Below are positions 1 through 13,420 of a stretch of 64,000 nucleotides of DNA, one piece after another. The DNA is from Mobula hypostoma (Eukaryota), in assembly GCF_963921235.1 (NCBI RefSeq), contig NC_086097.1, forward strand, positions 207,640,001-207,704,000. Reading direction: 5' to 3'. The number at the start of each line of letters is the position of its first letter. Positions within the stretch are counted from its first letter, which is position 1. Position numbers and translations under genes: made by a program. The notes below the pieces were generated by a model, which made no database searches, was not told the DNA's origin, and worked only from the letters and a program-made list of their open reading frames with translations.

Positions 1-590
1 TTGATGAAGCATTGGTGAGGCCTCACTTGGAGTATTGTGAGCAAGTCTAGGCCACTTATCTTAGAAAGGATGTGCCGAAACTGGTGAGGGTTCAAATGAG
101 GTTGACGGAAAATGAATCCAGGATTGAATGGCTTGTCATATGAAGAACGCTTAATGGCTTTGGGTCTGTATTCATTAGAATTCAGAAGAATGATGGGTGA
201 CTTAATTGAAACCTATTGAATGGTGAAAGGACTTGATAGAGTGGATTTGGAGAGGATGTTTCTTCTGGTGGGAGAGTCTAAGACCAGAGGACATAGCTTC
301 TGACTAGAGGGGGCATTTTTTTAGAATGGAGATGAGGATGAATTTCTTCAGCCACAGTGTGGAGAATCTGTGGAATTCTTTGCCACAGGCAGCTGTGGAT
401 GTTAAGTCTTTATGTATATTTAAGGCAGAGGTTGATAAATTTTGATTCGTCAGGGCATGAAGGGGATCGAGGAGAAGGTAGGAGATCTGGGCTGAGAGGA
501 AAATTGGATTAGCCGTGATAAAATAGCAGAGCAGACTTGATGAGCGAAATGGCCTAATTCTGCTCCTATATCATATGGTCTTATGGTCTC
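1..590 (+). mobile_element. CR1-clade LINE, 3' fragment (end of ORF2 + 3' UTR)
   Basis: Decayed LVRPHLEYC..RVQ.R..M.PGL.GLSYEERL..LGLYSLE..R..GDLIE motif run; ends in TATGGTCTTATGGTCT tail. Confidence 0.85.
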
Positions 591-1019
591 ATCTTTCTTT
601 TATTGACATTGGCTAAGAGATAATTGTACCTGTTTTGATTGGATGGTACACCAGGGAATAAAAACTTGAGTAGAAACTGACGTGAAGTCAACCACTGCTA
701 TTGGAAATCCTGATTTCTATTTCTTAGAGTAGCAGTTACCTCTGCATTATTGGTCTGTAGCTGATACAAAAAGAATGTCTAAGTGTGTTTGATGTTCTTT
801 TAAAGACGGATTAAAGGAAGACAAACATTTATGCAGCTACTTGGAAACAGGGAATGATTTTAGCCGATGTTGTTATATAAAGTATTCTCTGACCATTCAT
901 CTCCTGCTGCTCCATTACCTAGATGAATCTTCCTAATGTGCTAATTTTGCTTTGTGCTTCCATGTCATGTAATATGCAGAAAATCATAACACTCTGGCTT
1001 TCTGTGAGGGACATCAAAG

Positions 1020-2185
1020 GGAGAGTCAATCTCGGGAGTTTTTTTTTGTCAGAGAATGACTTATGAGACTGCATAATTTTCTGTTACAGGAAATATACTG
1101 GCATGGATAGAGGAATGGCTGACAGACAGGAGGCAGCGAATGGGAATAATGGAGGCCTTTTCTGATTGGCTGCCAGTGATTAGCATGTTCCTCAGGGGTC
1201 AGTATTAGCACCACTATTTTTCATGTTGTTTGCCAATGATTTAGATAGTGGAATTGATGGCTTCGTGGCAAAGTTTAGGGATGATACGAAGATTGGTGGA
1301 GGGGTAGGTAGTGCTGAGGAAGCAACGCGATTGCAGCCAGGCTTAGACAAATTGGAAGAATAGGCAAAAAAGTGGTAGATGGAATACAGTGTTGGGAAAT
1401 GTATGATAATGCATTTTGGTAAAAGGAACAATAGAGCAGACTATCATCTAAATGGGAAGAAAATTCAAACATCAGAGGTGCAAAGAGACTTAGGAATCCT
1501 CGTTCAAGACTCCCAGATAATTAGTTTACAAGTTGAGTCCTTAGTAAAGAAGCCAAATGCAATTTTGGCATTTATTTCAAGGGGAATAGAATATAAAAAA
1601 AGATAATGCTGATGCTTTATAAGACACTAGTCAGGCCACATGGAGTATTTTCAACAGTTTTGAGCCCCTTATCTCAGAAATAATGTATTGTCTTCGGAAA
1701 GAGTCCCGAGGAGATTCATGAGGATGATTCCAGGAATGAAGGGGTTAACATATGAGGAGCATTTGGCAGCTTTGGGCCTGTACTCACTGGAATTTAGAAG
1801 AATGTGGGGGGACCTCATTGAAACCTACTGCATGTTGAAAGGACTAGATAAGGAGGATGTGGAGAGGATATTCCCTCTGGGCGGTGTATCCAGAACTGAG
1901 AGGAGACCTTTTAGAGCAGAAGTAAGGAGGAATTTTCTTTGTTTAGCCAAAGAGTAGTGAATCTGTGGAATGCTCTGCCGGAGACTGTGGCTGAGGCATG
2001 TCCGTGGTATTTTTAAAGCGGAAGTTGATAGATTCCTGATTGGTTGGGACATCAAGGGAAATGGTGAGATGGAAGGTGTATGGGGTTGAATGGGACCTGG
2101 GATCAGCCAAGATCAAATGACAGAGTGGGCTCGATGGGGCGAATGGCCTAATTCTGCTCCTTTGTCTTACTATCTTATGGTCTAT
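1020..2185 (+). mobile_element. CR1 LINE, 5'-truncated, RT region + 3' UTR
   Basis: Decayed PQGSVL, KF.DDT, KC.IMHFG, LGLYSLEFRR..GDLIE (ORFs 1379-1606, 1688-1957); TCTTATGGTCT tail. Confidence 0.9.
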
Positions 2186-3139
2186 AATCAATAAAAGCAA
2201 TCCCATTTTCTGTTCCATAGTAGTTCCTATTTTAGCCTTCCTCTGTAGCTGCCCATCACAACATTTGCTAGACCACAAATCTTAAGTGAAAACAGGTAAA
2301 TCAGCACTCAAAAATGAATCCATAATCAAAACATACCTAATACCACATAAGCGTCAATTACCATTTTGTATATCTTTTGTGTCTTCTGTATATCCGTATA
2401 CCTTCCCCTGTCTTCACACAGCAATATCACGGCGAATGTGCCAGACTGAGTGGAGGCTACTGACTTTCACTGAAGGAGACTGCAGTTGACCTTGGAGGAC
2501 TGCTTCCTGCATATCGAGGTTTAGAATCCCTAGTTTTGGACAGCAACATCTCCACCTTATTGGTCTGGTTGACATCTTCTATTAGAGTATCAATGGTGGG
2601 TTCATGTGTGGTGCCGTCCTAAGAAACGACGGTTATTTTCTGTTGTTTGGAATCACTACGACTCACCAGAGATGCCGGTGCAATTGTGGGAAGAATGCAA
2701 GTCCCATCAACATTGCCATTAATAGGAATTATTGGAGCTTGGATGCCAGAAAGCTGAAATGTTTTAGCAATAAGCTTCCACTGCAACACTTTGAGGCTGC
2801 TTGTATCAGAATCAGATTTATATCGTTGCCATAACTAATGTGAAATTGCTTTGCACAGTACAGTTTTGCAACATTACTACAGTACAAAGACAAAAAAACC
2901 ATAAATTACAAAATAAAGGAATAATGAGGTTGTATTCATGCGTTTATGAACAATTTGGAAATCTGATGACAAAGGGGAAGAAGCTGTTCCTGAATTACTG
3001 GAAATGGATATTCAGGCTCCTGTACTTTCTCTCAGGTGGCAAAGGCCATTAATGGTGGATTCTGCCTTCTTGAAACACTGCTCCTTGAAGATATCCTTGA
3101 TAGGGTATGGCTGTGCTCATCATGGAGTTAGCTGAGTAT

Positions 3140-3627
3140 GCACAAAATAATCTGCAGATGCTGGGGTCAAAGCAACACTCACAACATGCTGGAGGAACTC
3201 AGCAGGTCGGGCAGCATCCGTGGAAAAGATCAGTCGACGTTTCCAGCTGGAGCCCTTCGTCAGGACTGAAGAGGGAAGGGGCAGAGGCCCTATAAAGAAG
3301 GTGGGGGGTAGGGTGGGAAGGAGAAGGCTGGTAGGTTCCAGGTGAAAAACTAGTAAGGGGAAAGATAAAGGGGTGGGGGAAGGGAAGCAGGGAGGGGATA
3401 GGCAGGAAAGGTGAAGAAGGAATAGGGGAGAACACAACGGGTAGTTGAAGGAGGCAGAACCATGAGGGAGGTGATAGGCAGCTGGGGGAGGGGGCAGAGT
3501 GAAATAGGGATAGAGGAAGGGAGGGGGAGGGAATTACCGGAAGTTGGAGAATTCTATGTTCATACCAAGGGGCTGGAGACTACCTAGACGGTATATGAAG
3601 ACGGTATTCCTCCAACCTGAGTTTAGC
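3140..3627 (-). mobile_element. Penelope-like element 3' end (end of GIY-YIG ORF, 3' UTR, hammerhead remnant)
   Basis: IYRLGSLQPLGMNIEFSNFR matches the C-terminus of ORF 55067-55708; hammerhead motif at 3231-3268. Confidence 0.88.
3231..3268 (-). ncRNA. Hammerhead ribozyme motif, core intact, stem II weakened
   Basis: CAGUC CUGACGA agggcuccagcug GAAA CGUC GACUG. Confidence 0.65.
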
Positions 3628-4329
3628 CTGCCGACTGTTCTGCTGACTTTCCCTTCCTGAAGTCTGCAATCAATGCCTAATGTTGCCTGTAAGGTTGCTG
3701 TTGTGACACCACTCGACCAACTGATCCATTTCACTCCTGTAAGCCTTTTAGACACCGTCTGAAATTTTACCGACAACGGTGGTGTTATCTGCAAATTTAT
3801 AGAAGGCAATTGAGTTATGTGCAGAAAGAATAGAGCAGGGTGTCAAGCATATACCTTTGAGGTGTGCCTGTGTTGATTGTCAGCGAGGAGGAGAATGATT
3901 CATAATGGCTGAAGTCTCTCAATGAGCAGGTTGAGGATCCAGTGGCAGAGGAAGATTCAGGGGGCTGGGTTTAGAAGCTTGGCGATAAATACAGAATGTT
4001 GAGTTGTAATCAATAGACAGCAGGCTGATGTATGTATTGCTGTTGTCTAGGTACTCCAAAACAGATTAGATATCCAGTGATATTTTATCCCCAGTAGACC
4101 TGTTGCAGCAGTAGGCAAATTGCAGCAGATCCATGTCTTTGCCTAGGCAGAAATTAATGTTAACCATCACTTTCGAAGCACTTTACTAAGACAGAAGTGA
4201 GAGTGATGGTCACTAAGGCTGCTCACCCTGCTCTTCTTGGGCACTTTATTGCAATGGATGTAAGGCAATCTGCCACCAAGCTGTCTTACATGCTAATGGA
4301 GTTGTCCATCCCTGCCATGCCGGAAATGA

Positions 4330-4625
4330 TACTTGCTAACCTTCAGGCACAGCTCTACCCGAGTTTGAATGTGAAGTTGTTCTGGATTCCTCAACAATGA
4401 AGACAGACATTGCCAAGCCTTCTAATGCATGCTAGGTATCCCTCAATCCTCTTCTGTGGATTCTCCCATCAAAGTACTCATCTGAATCCAATCTAGTGAG
4501 GTCTGGACTCTCTGCTAATTGGCAGCTGGTCTATCCTTAACCTATGTTTAGCTGTACCTGATGCATGCCTCACAATTCACCACATATTGATTATGCCAAT
4601 ATCAAATTCCAGTGGATGTCTGAGC
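4330..4625 (-). mobile_element. Possible highly decayed RTE-clade LINE remnant
   Basis: Weak resemblance to RTE ORF C-terminal motifs (IL.I.W, L.YGEL) on the minus strand. Confidence 0.3.
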
Positions 4626-5044
4626 TATTGTCTTGATGTAACAAGTCAAAAAGATTAACCTTTAATTTCAATGCAAATTGCAAACCCTGACTTAAAACAT
4701 TAAGTTTTCTGTTGAGGAAATGAGCAGACATTTGCTCTTTGTTTAAGAGGATGTGAGATGCTGGATTGAAATAAATGGCCACCACAGCAACCTTGTAGAT
4801 GGCCAAGTTATCTCTAGTTGCCATCCAATCAGTACAAACATATTTACCTATCCTTCTACCACTCCACTAGTTAGGTGTTACTGCCTCTGAAAGGCCATCA
4901 CTTTTTTCCTGTATGTAATTAAAAAAGAATTGTGCCAGTGAGCATTTTGTGATTTACTTCTGTGATGTGTACATAATGAATGAAGAGTTGTCTGTATTCG
5001 GATGAGAGTTCTAACATATTCAGACTTTCTCTATACCTAAGTCA

Positions 5045-5425
5045 TAGGGGAAGGTTGAATACCTTAGGACTTTATTCACTTGAACACAGGAAAATGAGGG
5101 GTATACAAAATTATGAGGGGTATATCTAGGTTGAATGCATGCAGGCTTTTTCTCCTCAGGTTGGGTGAGACTAGAACTAGAGCATACAGTATGTGAAGGG
5201 TGAAAGGTGAAAAATTTGAGGGGAACCTTCTTCACTCAGAAGGTGGTGCGAGCTGCAAGTTCAATTGTAACACTTAAGAGAAGTTTTGATAGGTACATGG
5301 ATGAGAGAGGTATGGAGAACTATGGTCCAGGAGCAGGTGGATGAGACTAGGCAGAAGACGTCCAGCATAGACTAGATGGCTTGAAGGGCCTAATTCTATC
5401 CTGTGTTACTCTATGACTCCATGAG
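5045..5425 (+). mobile_element. CR1 LINE 3' fragment
   Basis: Decayed RL..LGLYSLE, YKIMRG, TR.H..K, NFFTQ; CTATGACTCCATGA tail. Confidence 0.8.
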
Positions 5426-6067
5426 TTTGAAACTTTAGTGTGCAGATCTCAAATTTCCACCCCTTGTCATCACAAAGCTGCTACAGATCTAAATTTATAT
5501 CCATAAAATCTATCTATTTTTATGGCACTTTAAACCTGGACCATATATCACATCAATTTTAAGCAAAATTAATTTATATAACTGCTTAAAATTGAGATAC
5601 TTAAGCAATTCTAAGTTCAACTTTGTAACTCTACCAATGCATTTTCTTTGCTGTTCTTTATTTTATGTAAATTGATATAAACGTCCAAGAAGCACATACC
5701 AGTGGACGTAATTATACCTGAATATTCAAGAAAGAGCTATACAGGGCACACATATTAATCAGCCAAATATGTACGTGATGGTTGCCAGGATCACTTTGAT
5801 CTAGTCACATGCGTACAGAAACACAGCTCTGGCTACATTTAATCTATTGTTTAATGTAATAAATTCCAGCTAAACTGAATTGTCATCATATAAATATTTT
5901 ATGGAAAAAGTAGAAAAATTCGTGTTTGCTTTGACAGAGCTGAATTTGAGATTGGTCCAATCTGTTATGATATTCCTCTTTTTTTGGAGTAAATGCAGAT
6001 GGATTGATTCAGGAGGAAGAAGTCCGGAGAACACATGCCAATCCTTATCGAGGGGTTAGCACTAGTA

Positions 6068-6508
6068 AGGGTGAGCAGATCCACGTTTCTGGTCTCAACA
6101 TCTCAGAGGATCTATCCTGGGCCCACATATGGATGCAATCTCGAAGAAAGGCACACTAGTGGCTATACATCATTCAGAGTTTGAGGAGATCTAGCATGTC
6201 ACCGTAGACACATGCAAATTTCTACAGATATACTGTGGAGAGCATCCTCGCTGGCTGCATCACCACCTAGTATGGAGTCTCCATTGCACAGTTTTGAAAG
6301 AGGTTGCAGAGGGTTGTAAACTCAACCAGCTCCATCCTGAACACAACTCTCCCCTCTATTGAGAACATATTCAAAAGGAGGTACCTCAGGAAGGTGGTCT
6401 CATCATTAAGGGCCCTCACCATCCAGGGCATGCCCCCTTCTCATTACTACCATCATGGAGGAGGCACGGGAGCCTGAAGGTGAACACTCAGCATTTTAGG
6501 AGCAGCTT
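6068..6508 (+). mobile_element. Rex1/Babar-like LINE 3' part (resumes at 9451-9660 after a CR1 insertion)
   Basis: Decayed F.FLG..I..DL.W and FYR.TVESILAGCIT..YG motifs, as in ORFs 19131-19661 and 56689-57156. Confidence 0.8.
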
Positions 6509-9450
6509 AGACCATAAGATATAGAGGCAGAATTAGGCCATCTGGTCCATCAAGTCTGCTCCGCCATTTAATCATGGCGGTTCCATTTTCCCTCCCAACC
6601 CCAATCTCCAGCATATACCTTCATGCTCTGACTAATCATGAATCTATCAACCTCTGCCTAAAGACTTTGCCTCCTCAGCCGCCTGTGGCAATGAATTCCA
6701 CAGATTCACCACTCTCTGGCTAAAGAAATTTCTCTTCATCTCCTTTCAAAAAGGACGCCCCTCTATTCTGAGGCTGTGTCCTCTGGTCATACTCTCCCAC
6801 CATACAAACAATTGAAAGGTTTCAAGAGGCCAACCCTCATTCTTCTGAATTGCAGTGAGTACAGACCCAGAGCCATCAAATGCTCTTCATATGACAATCC
6901 TTTTAATCCTGGAATAATTTTCGTGAACCTCCTTTGAACTCTGTCCAATGTCAGCACATCCTTTTTTAGATAAGGGGCCCCAAACTGCTCAAAATATTCC
7001 AAGTGAGGCATCACCAGTGCTGTATAAAGCCTCAAAATTACATCCTTGCTTTTATATTCGTCCTCTTGAAGTGAATGCTAACAATACATTTGCCATCCTC
7101 ACCACCAACTCAACCTGCAAATTAACCTTTAGGCAATCCTGTACAGGGAGTTTCAAATCCCTTTGCACCTCAGATTTTTGAATTTTGTCTCCATTTAGAA
7201 AATAGTTACCCTTTTGCTTCTTCTGTGAAAGTGCACGATCATACACTTCCCAGCACTGTATTCCATCTGCCACTCTTTGCCCTGTCTAATTCCTTCTGTA
7301 TCCTTTCTACTTTCTCAAAACCATCTGCCCCTCCAACTATCTTTGTATCATCCGCAAACTTTGCAACAATGCCATACATTCTCTCATCCAAATCATTTAC
7401 ATATTACTTAAAAAGAAGCAGACCCAGCCCAGACCCTTCTGGAAAACAACTAGTCACCACACAAAAAAGGCTCCCTTTATTCCTACTCTTTGCCATTTCC
7501 TTGACTCTATTACTAACTTTCCAGCATAATTTTCCTATGGTGCAATATCTACTTTGCCTCTCTTTTACACTTTATACATCTGAAGAAACTTTTGGCATCC
7601 TCTTTGATATTATTGACTAGTTTAGTTTAGTATTCCATCTTTTCCTTCTTAATGATTTTTTTAGTTGCTTTCTGTTGGTTTTTAAAAGGTTCCCAATTCC
7701 CACGCTTCCCATTAATTTTTTGCTCTATTACCTGCCCTTTTGTTTTAGCTTTTACGTTGGCTTTGACTTCCCTTGTTAGCCAGGGTTATGTCATCTTGCC
7801 TTAAGAATCCTTCTTCCTCTTTGGGATGTATCTATCCTGCGCCTTCTGAATTGCTTCCAGAAATTCCAGCCATTGCTGCTCTGCCAGCATCCCAGCCAGT
7901 GTTCACTTCCAATTATTTTTGGCTGGCTCCTCTCTCACATCTCTGTAATTCCCTTTACTCCACTCTAATACTGATACACCTGACTTTAACTTCTCCTTCT
8001 CAAAATGCAGGGTGAATTCTATCATACTATGATCACTTACCCTAAAGGTTCCTTTACCTTAAGCTCTCTAATCAATTCTAGTTCATTGTACAACACCTAA
8101 TCCAGAATAACTGATCCCTCATGGGCTCAACCCTGAGCTGCTCTAAAAAGGCCTTCTCATAGGGATTCTAGAAACTCTCCTTCTTCAGATCAGGCACCAG
8201 CCTGATTTCCCAATCTACCTGCATACTGAAATCCACCATGACTATTGTAACTTGCCCTTTTATTTTATATCCTATTGTAATTTGTAGACCACGCCCTTAG
8301 TACTGTTTGGAGGTCTGTATATAACTCCTATCAGGGTTGTTTTGCCTTGCAGCTCCTTAGCTGTACCCACAATGATTCAACACCTTCCGACCCTATGTCA
8401 ACTCTTTCTGAAGATTTGATTTCCTGTTTTACAAGTACAGCCATGCCATTCCCTCTACCTACCTGCCTGTCCTTGAATGTTAAGCTCCCAGCTATAATCT
8501 TCATTTTGCCACAGCTCAGTGATACCCACAACATCATGCATGCCAATCTGTAACTGTGCTACAAGTTCATCTATCTCGTTCTGTATACTTCTCTCCTTTT
8601 CTACCTATGTTATTGGTGCTAATATCTGCCAGGACTTCTGGCTCCTCACCCTCCTCCCTAAGAGTGCCATGGACCTGATCTGGGACATCCCTGGCCCATG
8701 GAGGCAACATACCAGCCGGGTGTCTCAATTGCGCCCACAGCATCTCACCTCTGCTCCTCTGACCATTGAATATCCTATCACCACTGCAGTCCTCTTCACC
8801 TTTCTGCTCTTCTGAGCCACAGCACCAGACTTGGTGTCAGAGACCTGGTCACTGTGGCTCCTCCCTGTTAGGTCATCCTCTTCAATAGTATCTAATGTTA
8901 TATACTTATTATTGAAGTGAATAGTCACAGGGGTACACTGCACTGGCTGTGCATTTCCCTTCCTTCTCCTAACAGTCACCTAGTTACTTGTCTCCTTCAA
9001 CCTTAGGGTGACTGCCTCCCTGTAGCTCCTATCTATCACCTCCTTATTCTCCTGTATGAGCTGCAGTTCGGTGCTCCCAGTGCTGATGTGTTTATCCAGG
9101 AGACTGGAGGTCTCTCAGAATTCCTACATCTCACACACTGTTCAAAACTAGATCCATTCCTGCTAAACTACTATGGTCTAGCAGATGAGAAGTGAACAAT
9201 TAAGGACAAAAAGAGAAACTTACCAGATTCTTTACCTTGCCCAAGCCTGATGAGCCAAAGACACAGCAAACACCGGCCCACTCACAACAAATGCCACTCC
9301 AACAATGGCCGCTCTGTTTGCGCTTGTGTCATTTTTATTTGATTTTTATTTCTACTGAACCCACACAGTGGTTGGCCGCAGTCCAACTCCAAGATACTAC
9401 CACGAAGTTCTGCCTTTTTAATCTTGATTGTGGACCTGATTGACAAAGTA
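6509..9450 (-). mobile_element. CR1 LINE spanning 5' region, ORF1 esterase remnant, APE endonuclease and RT C-terminus, with internal deletions
   Basis: NKY..L.T and AVVIGYSMVRG (8725-8979); KDR..GRG.G.AVLVK and VESLWV (8331-8546); LVMPHLEY..RVQRRFTK (6787-7035); AGACCATAAGA tail at 6509. Confidence 0.88.
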
Positions 9451-9660
9451 GCTGTCTTCTCCTCCACCATCAGTTTTCTGAACAGTCCATGAACCCATAA
9501 ACAATACCTGACTATATTGCTCTCTTATCACACTTTTAAATATCTCTTATTGTAACTTTTAGCAGTTATCAATGTATTGCACAGTACTGCTGTTGCAAAA
9601 GAAGATATTTCATTACATATTTCAGTGATAATAACCTGATTTTAATGCTGACTTCAATCC
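9451..9660 (+). mobile_element. Rex1/Babar-like 3' UTR (continuation of 6068-6508)
   Basis: Resumes the AGCTTCTTCC..CCATCAG consensus broken at 6508; ends CAGTGATAATAACCTGATT. Confidence 0.7.
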
Positions 9661-9789
9661 TGTCAAGCCCTAAGCCTAATGGAGTCATTTTTATAATTTA
9701 AGTGATAAAACTCTTCTCAAGCATTCGGAATTTTTTTCAGCTTTTATTTTGTGCTCACTATACATGAACAAGACCAATTACTTGCTATA

Positions 9790-10340
9790 ATTTGGAGGAA
9801 CTCTATAGTCAGGCAGCACCTATGGAGGGCAATGAACTGTCATCATTTAGGGTCAAGTTAACCTGTTAATTTCACCCTCTTCCTTCTCTCTTTTTCCATT
9901 CCTCATTCAGGTTACCTTTCCCTGCCTTTGCTTCTCACCTGCCCTCTGGGAACCCATTTTCCCTTTTTTTACTATGGTCCACTGCACTCGCCAATAAGAT
10001 TCCTTCTTCTTCAGCCCTTTACCCCTTCCACCTCAGAATCAGGTTTATTATCACTGGCGTGTGTTGTGAAATTTGTTACTTATCACTTCTTTGCGTTTTA
10101 CTTTATTTCCCCTCCCTTCATTCATCCACCTTCTCCCTCACCTGGCTTCACCTATTGACTGCCTGCTCATACGCCTTCTCCTCCTCCCACCTTCATACCT
10201 GTCTTCAGTCCTGATGAAGGGTGTTGCCCTGAAATGAAGACCATTAATTTCCCCCCATAGATGCTGCTTGAGTTGTTGAATTCCTCCAGAATTTTTTTTT
10301 TGTTTGTTCCTCAAGATTTCCAGCATCAGCAGTAGTTCTT
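9790..10340 (+). mobile_element. Penelope-derived non-coding fragment with a short inverted copy of its 3' end at the left
   Basis: Pyrimidine-rich UTR, CAGTCCTGATGAAGGG..CCCTGAAA at 10206-10234, TTTCCAGCATC end; reverse-oriented end at 9792-9857. Confidence 0.75.
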
Positions 10341-10912
10341 ATCTTTATGGATCGCCATACTTTGTTTTTTTTTAACATCTTTCCTGATATGATTCTGTTT
10401 TCTGAACCTATAAACAAAATAATTCTATACTATCACATATTTAAATGTTGCAGATTCTTTAATCAATGAAGAAAACAGGTTTGGAATTAAAGCTCTGGGC
10501 CCTCAATTAAACAGTCATTTGCAACTGAAAAAAATGTCATAGCAACCATGTTGAAGTAAGCTGAATGACTCATAAGATTAAGAGTGACTGAAGAAAGGTC
10601 ACATAGTAGTTTAACACATGGGAAAGTGAATAATTTCAGGATGCACAAGATTCCAGCAGGAGGGATGTAGTTTTTAATAAATATTATTTGTAGTGGGAGC
10701 TGAAGATTTAGTGCTTAATCTTGATGAACTTTGTAAAGGACTCAGAGTGTCTTTTAACAGTATCTTAATTTCCTTGCTTATTTTCCTGACTGGAAGTATC
10801 TTAGTTACTTTGCTTGTTTGTTTTTCCACAGAACAGGAAACTTAAGGGACCAGAACTCACACAGACCAGAAAAATGCTGAATCTGACACTTCCACTGTTC
10901 ACTGCTACCTTC

Positions 10913-10925
10913 CCTCTCTCTCTCA

Positions 10926-10968
<43 letters not shown>
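10913..10968. repeat. (CT)n + (CA)n microsatellite
   Basis: Directly visible. Confidence 0.98.
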
Positions 10969-10971
<3 letters not shown>

Positions 10972-12089
10972 ATGTCAACTTGTCAGAGTAGGAGTGTGCA
11001 TCAATTGTTCTATCTTGAAATGGCGTCATGTGAATTCTTTCTAACAATGCCACTGAAGCTTATTTTGATAAGACAGCAGGCACTTTGTGATCCGGAGTCT
11101 GTAAATCAGTATAATCCTTTTGCTTGATACATTTGATATTTCACAATGATGGTCACTCTAGCAAGGCAGGATTACATCTGTGGATGGATATAGGAATAGT
11201 GGGACATGCCTGAGCCAGGGATTCCAAACTAATACATTTTATTACAAAACCTCAAAATCAGCTCAGTTATCTGTGAAAGACTCAGCAATCTGAGACATAC
11301 ATGAACCAAGTAAGCCAGGAATACTGGTAGGTTGTTAGTGAATGACTAATATGCTTGACTCACTGCTGCAACTGGGTAGAGCTGAGACCAAAAGTAAGGA
11401 CTGTTCTATCAGTGGATAACTCTGACATTTAACACATCAATTAGATCTAGCTTACTAAACGTTTTTTTGATTAGTAAGGGGCATTGTCTTAGCTGGTTAA
11501 TTTAAAGTAATGCTTTCTGCAAAGTGAGAGGTTCCAAAGTTTTAGTTTTCCATGTTGCACTCTTTGGACTTAGTTAACTGAGAAATCTCCCTGTGGACTG
11601 ACTGAGTGAGCCTCAGTTGGAGGAGGAGGACAGACATTTTGCTTTGACTGGAACACAGAACATCATTTGATTGGGAATCTGCTGTGGGGTATACAAGCAA
11701 TGTTACCTGCCCTTTGGAGCCAAGTGAGTGTAAGTTGGGCTTAATTCCTGGATATGTTGGTCTAACATGGACCTTGTTGTTGGTTTGCTTATTCTGCCAA
11801 TGAATTTGGACGGTTTTGCAGAGGCAGTATTGAGTTTATATCTACAATGATTTCAGATAATTGTAAGCAGTTCAATTCTTAGAAGCATACAAGGAGGAAT
11901 CACTGCTGCCTGTTAGGTTATATTCTTTGTACTGAAGTGAAGGTATTAACAATCAGGACATCATTCTACAGGTAGCTGAAGGATGGCTGTACTGCTGTGC
12001 TGAATGTGCTGGTGTCTTTACTGAGGTGATAGTTGAACTATGGGAAGTGGTACATGTTTTCCAGTCTCATTTCAGAGCTTTATTGTTGG

Positions 12090-12410
12090 CGGGTTGTACA
12101 GTTAGGGTATTTTGATACAAGAAAACATAATAAACATACCATCCAATTCACTATTTGACTGCTCTGCATGCCTATTAGCCACATGCGTTTTATGTTCAGC
12201 ATCCCATAAACCTCTCTGAACAATATCTTATAACAGTTTCTTACTACTAAAATAAAAATCTGTTTCCTATTGTTTTTACAGGAGGCAATGACACCACATT
12301 TCCCCACATTAAATGGCACCAGGTAATTACTTACACTTCAGTTTAGTTTCCTGAAGAATCATAGTGCTTTCCTCTTGGATTATTTTCTTGTCTTACCTGG
12401 TATAGTCAGA
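12090..12410 (-). mobile_element. Old CR1-like RT remnant
   Basis: PFNVGKCGVI in ORF 12080-12319 resembles the CR1 FN..KC.V.H motif. Confidence 0.5.
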
Positions 12411-12954
12411 AAAACTTGTCTAAATTGTTAATTCTGATGAAGGGTCCTAGACATGAACTGTAAACTGTGTCCCTTCCCACCCCTTACCTGACCTGCAGGT
12501 ACTTCCAACTTTTTCTATTTTTGCTGGGTATTTTTACACAATCCCTTCATGAACTAATAGAGTTTGTATGTACCAATGGCCCCAGCATCACCTTTGGTAA
12601 CACTTCACAAGCAGCGGTCTATCAACCTCAAAATGAAGCACTTATACCTACCCCTTTTTTCCCCGTCCTTTTAACAAATTCTTTACCTGCACAAAAAACA
12701 TGATAAGCCCTTATTCTGAGAGGAAAAATAAACTTATTTGTGGCATCATATCATTTCCTTCCCGATTTCAAATATTCACTCCTTTATCCACTATTTTTTG
12801 CAACTTGCTTTCTCTTCCTAACATGATACCTCTTCATAAGTTCCATGAACTTGCAGAGTGCAATGTCCCACGTCCCTCTCTACCCTTCTGTCTTTCTTGC
12901 CCTTTCCTTTCCCCTTTTGCCCTCTCCTCAGGCCTCACTCTCTTTTCCTTTCCC

Positions 12955-13077
12955 TCTTTTCTTCTTCTTCTTCTTCCTCCTCCTCCTCCTCCTCCTCCTC
13001 CTCCTCCTCCTCCTCCTCTTCCTCCTCCTCCTCCTCCTCCTCCTCCTCCTCCTCCTCCTCCTCCTCTTCTTCTTCTT
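12955..13077. repeat. Compound (CTT)n-(CCT)n-(CTT)n trinucleotide microsatellite
   Basis: Directly visible; source of the spurious poly-P/S/L/G ORFs. Confidence 0.98.
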
Positions 13078-13234
13078 TCAAAGAAAGTTTCCAGTGGATC
13101 ATTCAAAAGTATTGGTATTCTATCCCTGCTTAACATTTCAATTATAACCAGAATTAATTAGCTTAATCATGTAATTTATTGCAATTGATTATTCAAGCAC
13201 CTGACTACTCTACTAAATAACCACATATTATTAT

Positions 13235-13420
13235 CAAACACAAGAACTTGAGCCTCTGTGCATCCCTCTGCAAATTGATCTTTGATTTCATCGTGTCGGT
13301 GCAGATCAGAAGCACTATTTCTTCCTTGCTTTCAATCCAACCAGGTGTACTTCAAGGGTGTGTGCTTAGTCCACTACTGGACTCTCTCTACACTCATTGT
13401 GTGGTTAGGTACAGCTCAAA
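13235..13420 (+). mobile_element. Rex1/Babar-like RT fragment
   Basis: SLCKLIFDF..GVLQGCVLSPLL.SLYTHCV in ORF 13248-13544. Confidence 0.7.

Larger units (their letters stand above)
2805..4262 (-). mobile_element. Rex1/Babar-like LINE remnant, interrupted by a Penelope fragment (3140-3627)
   Basis: ATCAGAATCAG tail; decayed KFADNTTVVG (about 3770-3800), GTPQG and DLLQFAY on the minus strand; resembles 19035-20810. Confidence 0.65.

Noticed and set aside
12700..13161. Poly-Pro/Ser/Leu/Gly ORFs
   Set aside because: Translations of the (CCT)n microsatellite in several frames.
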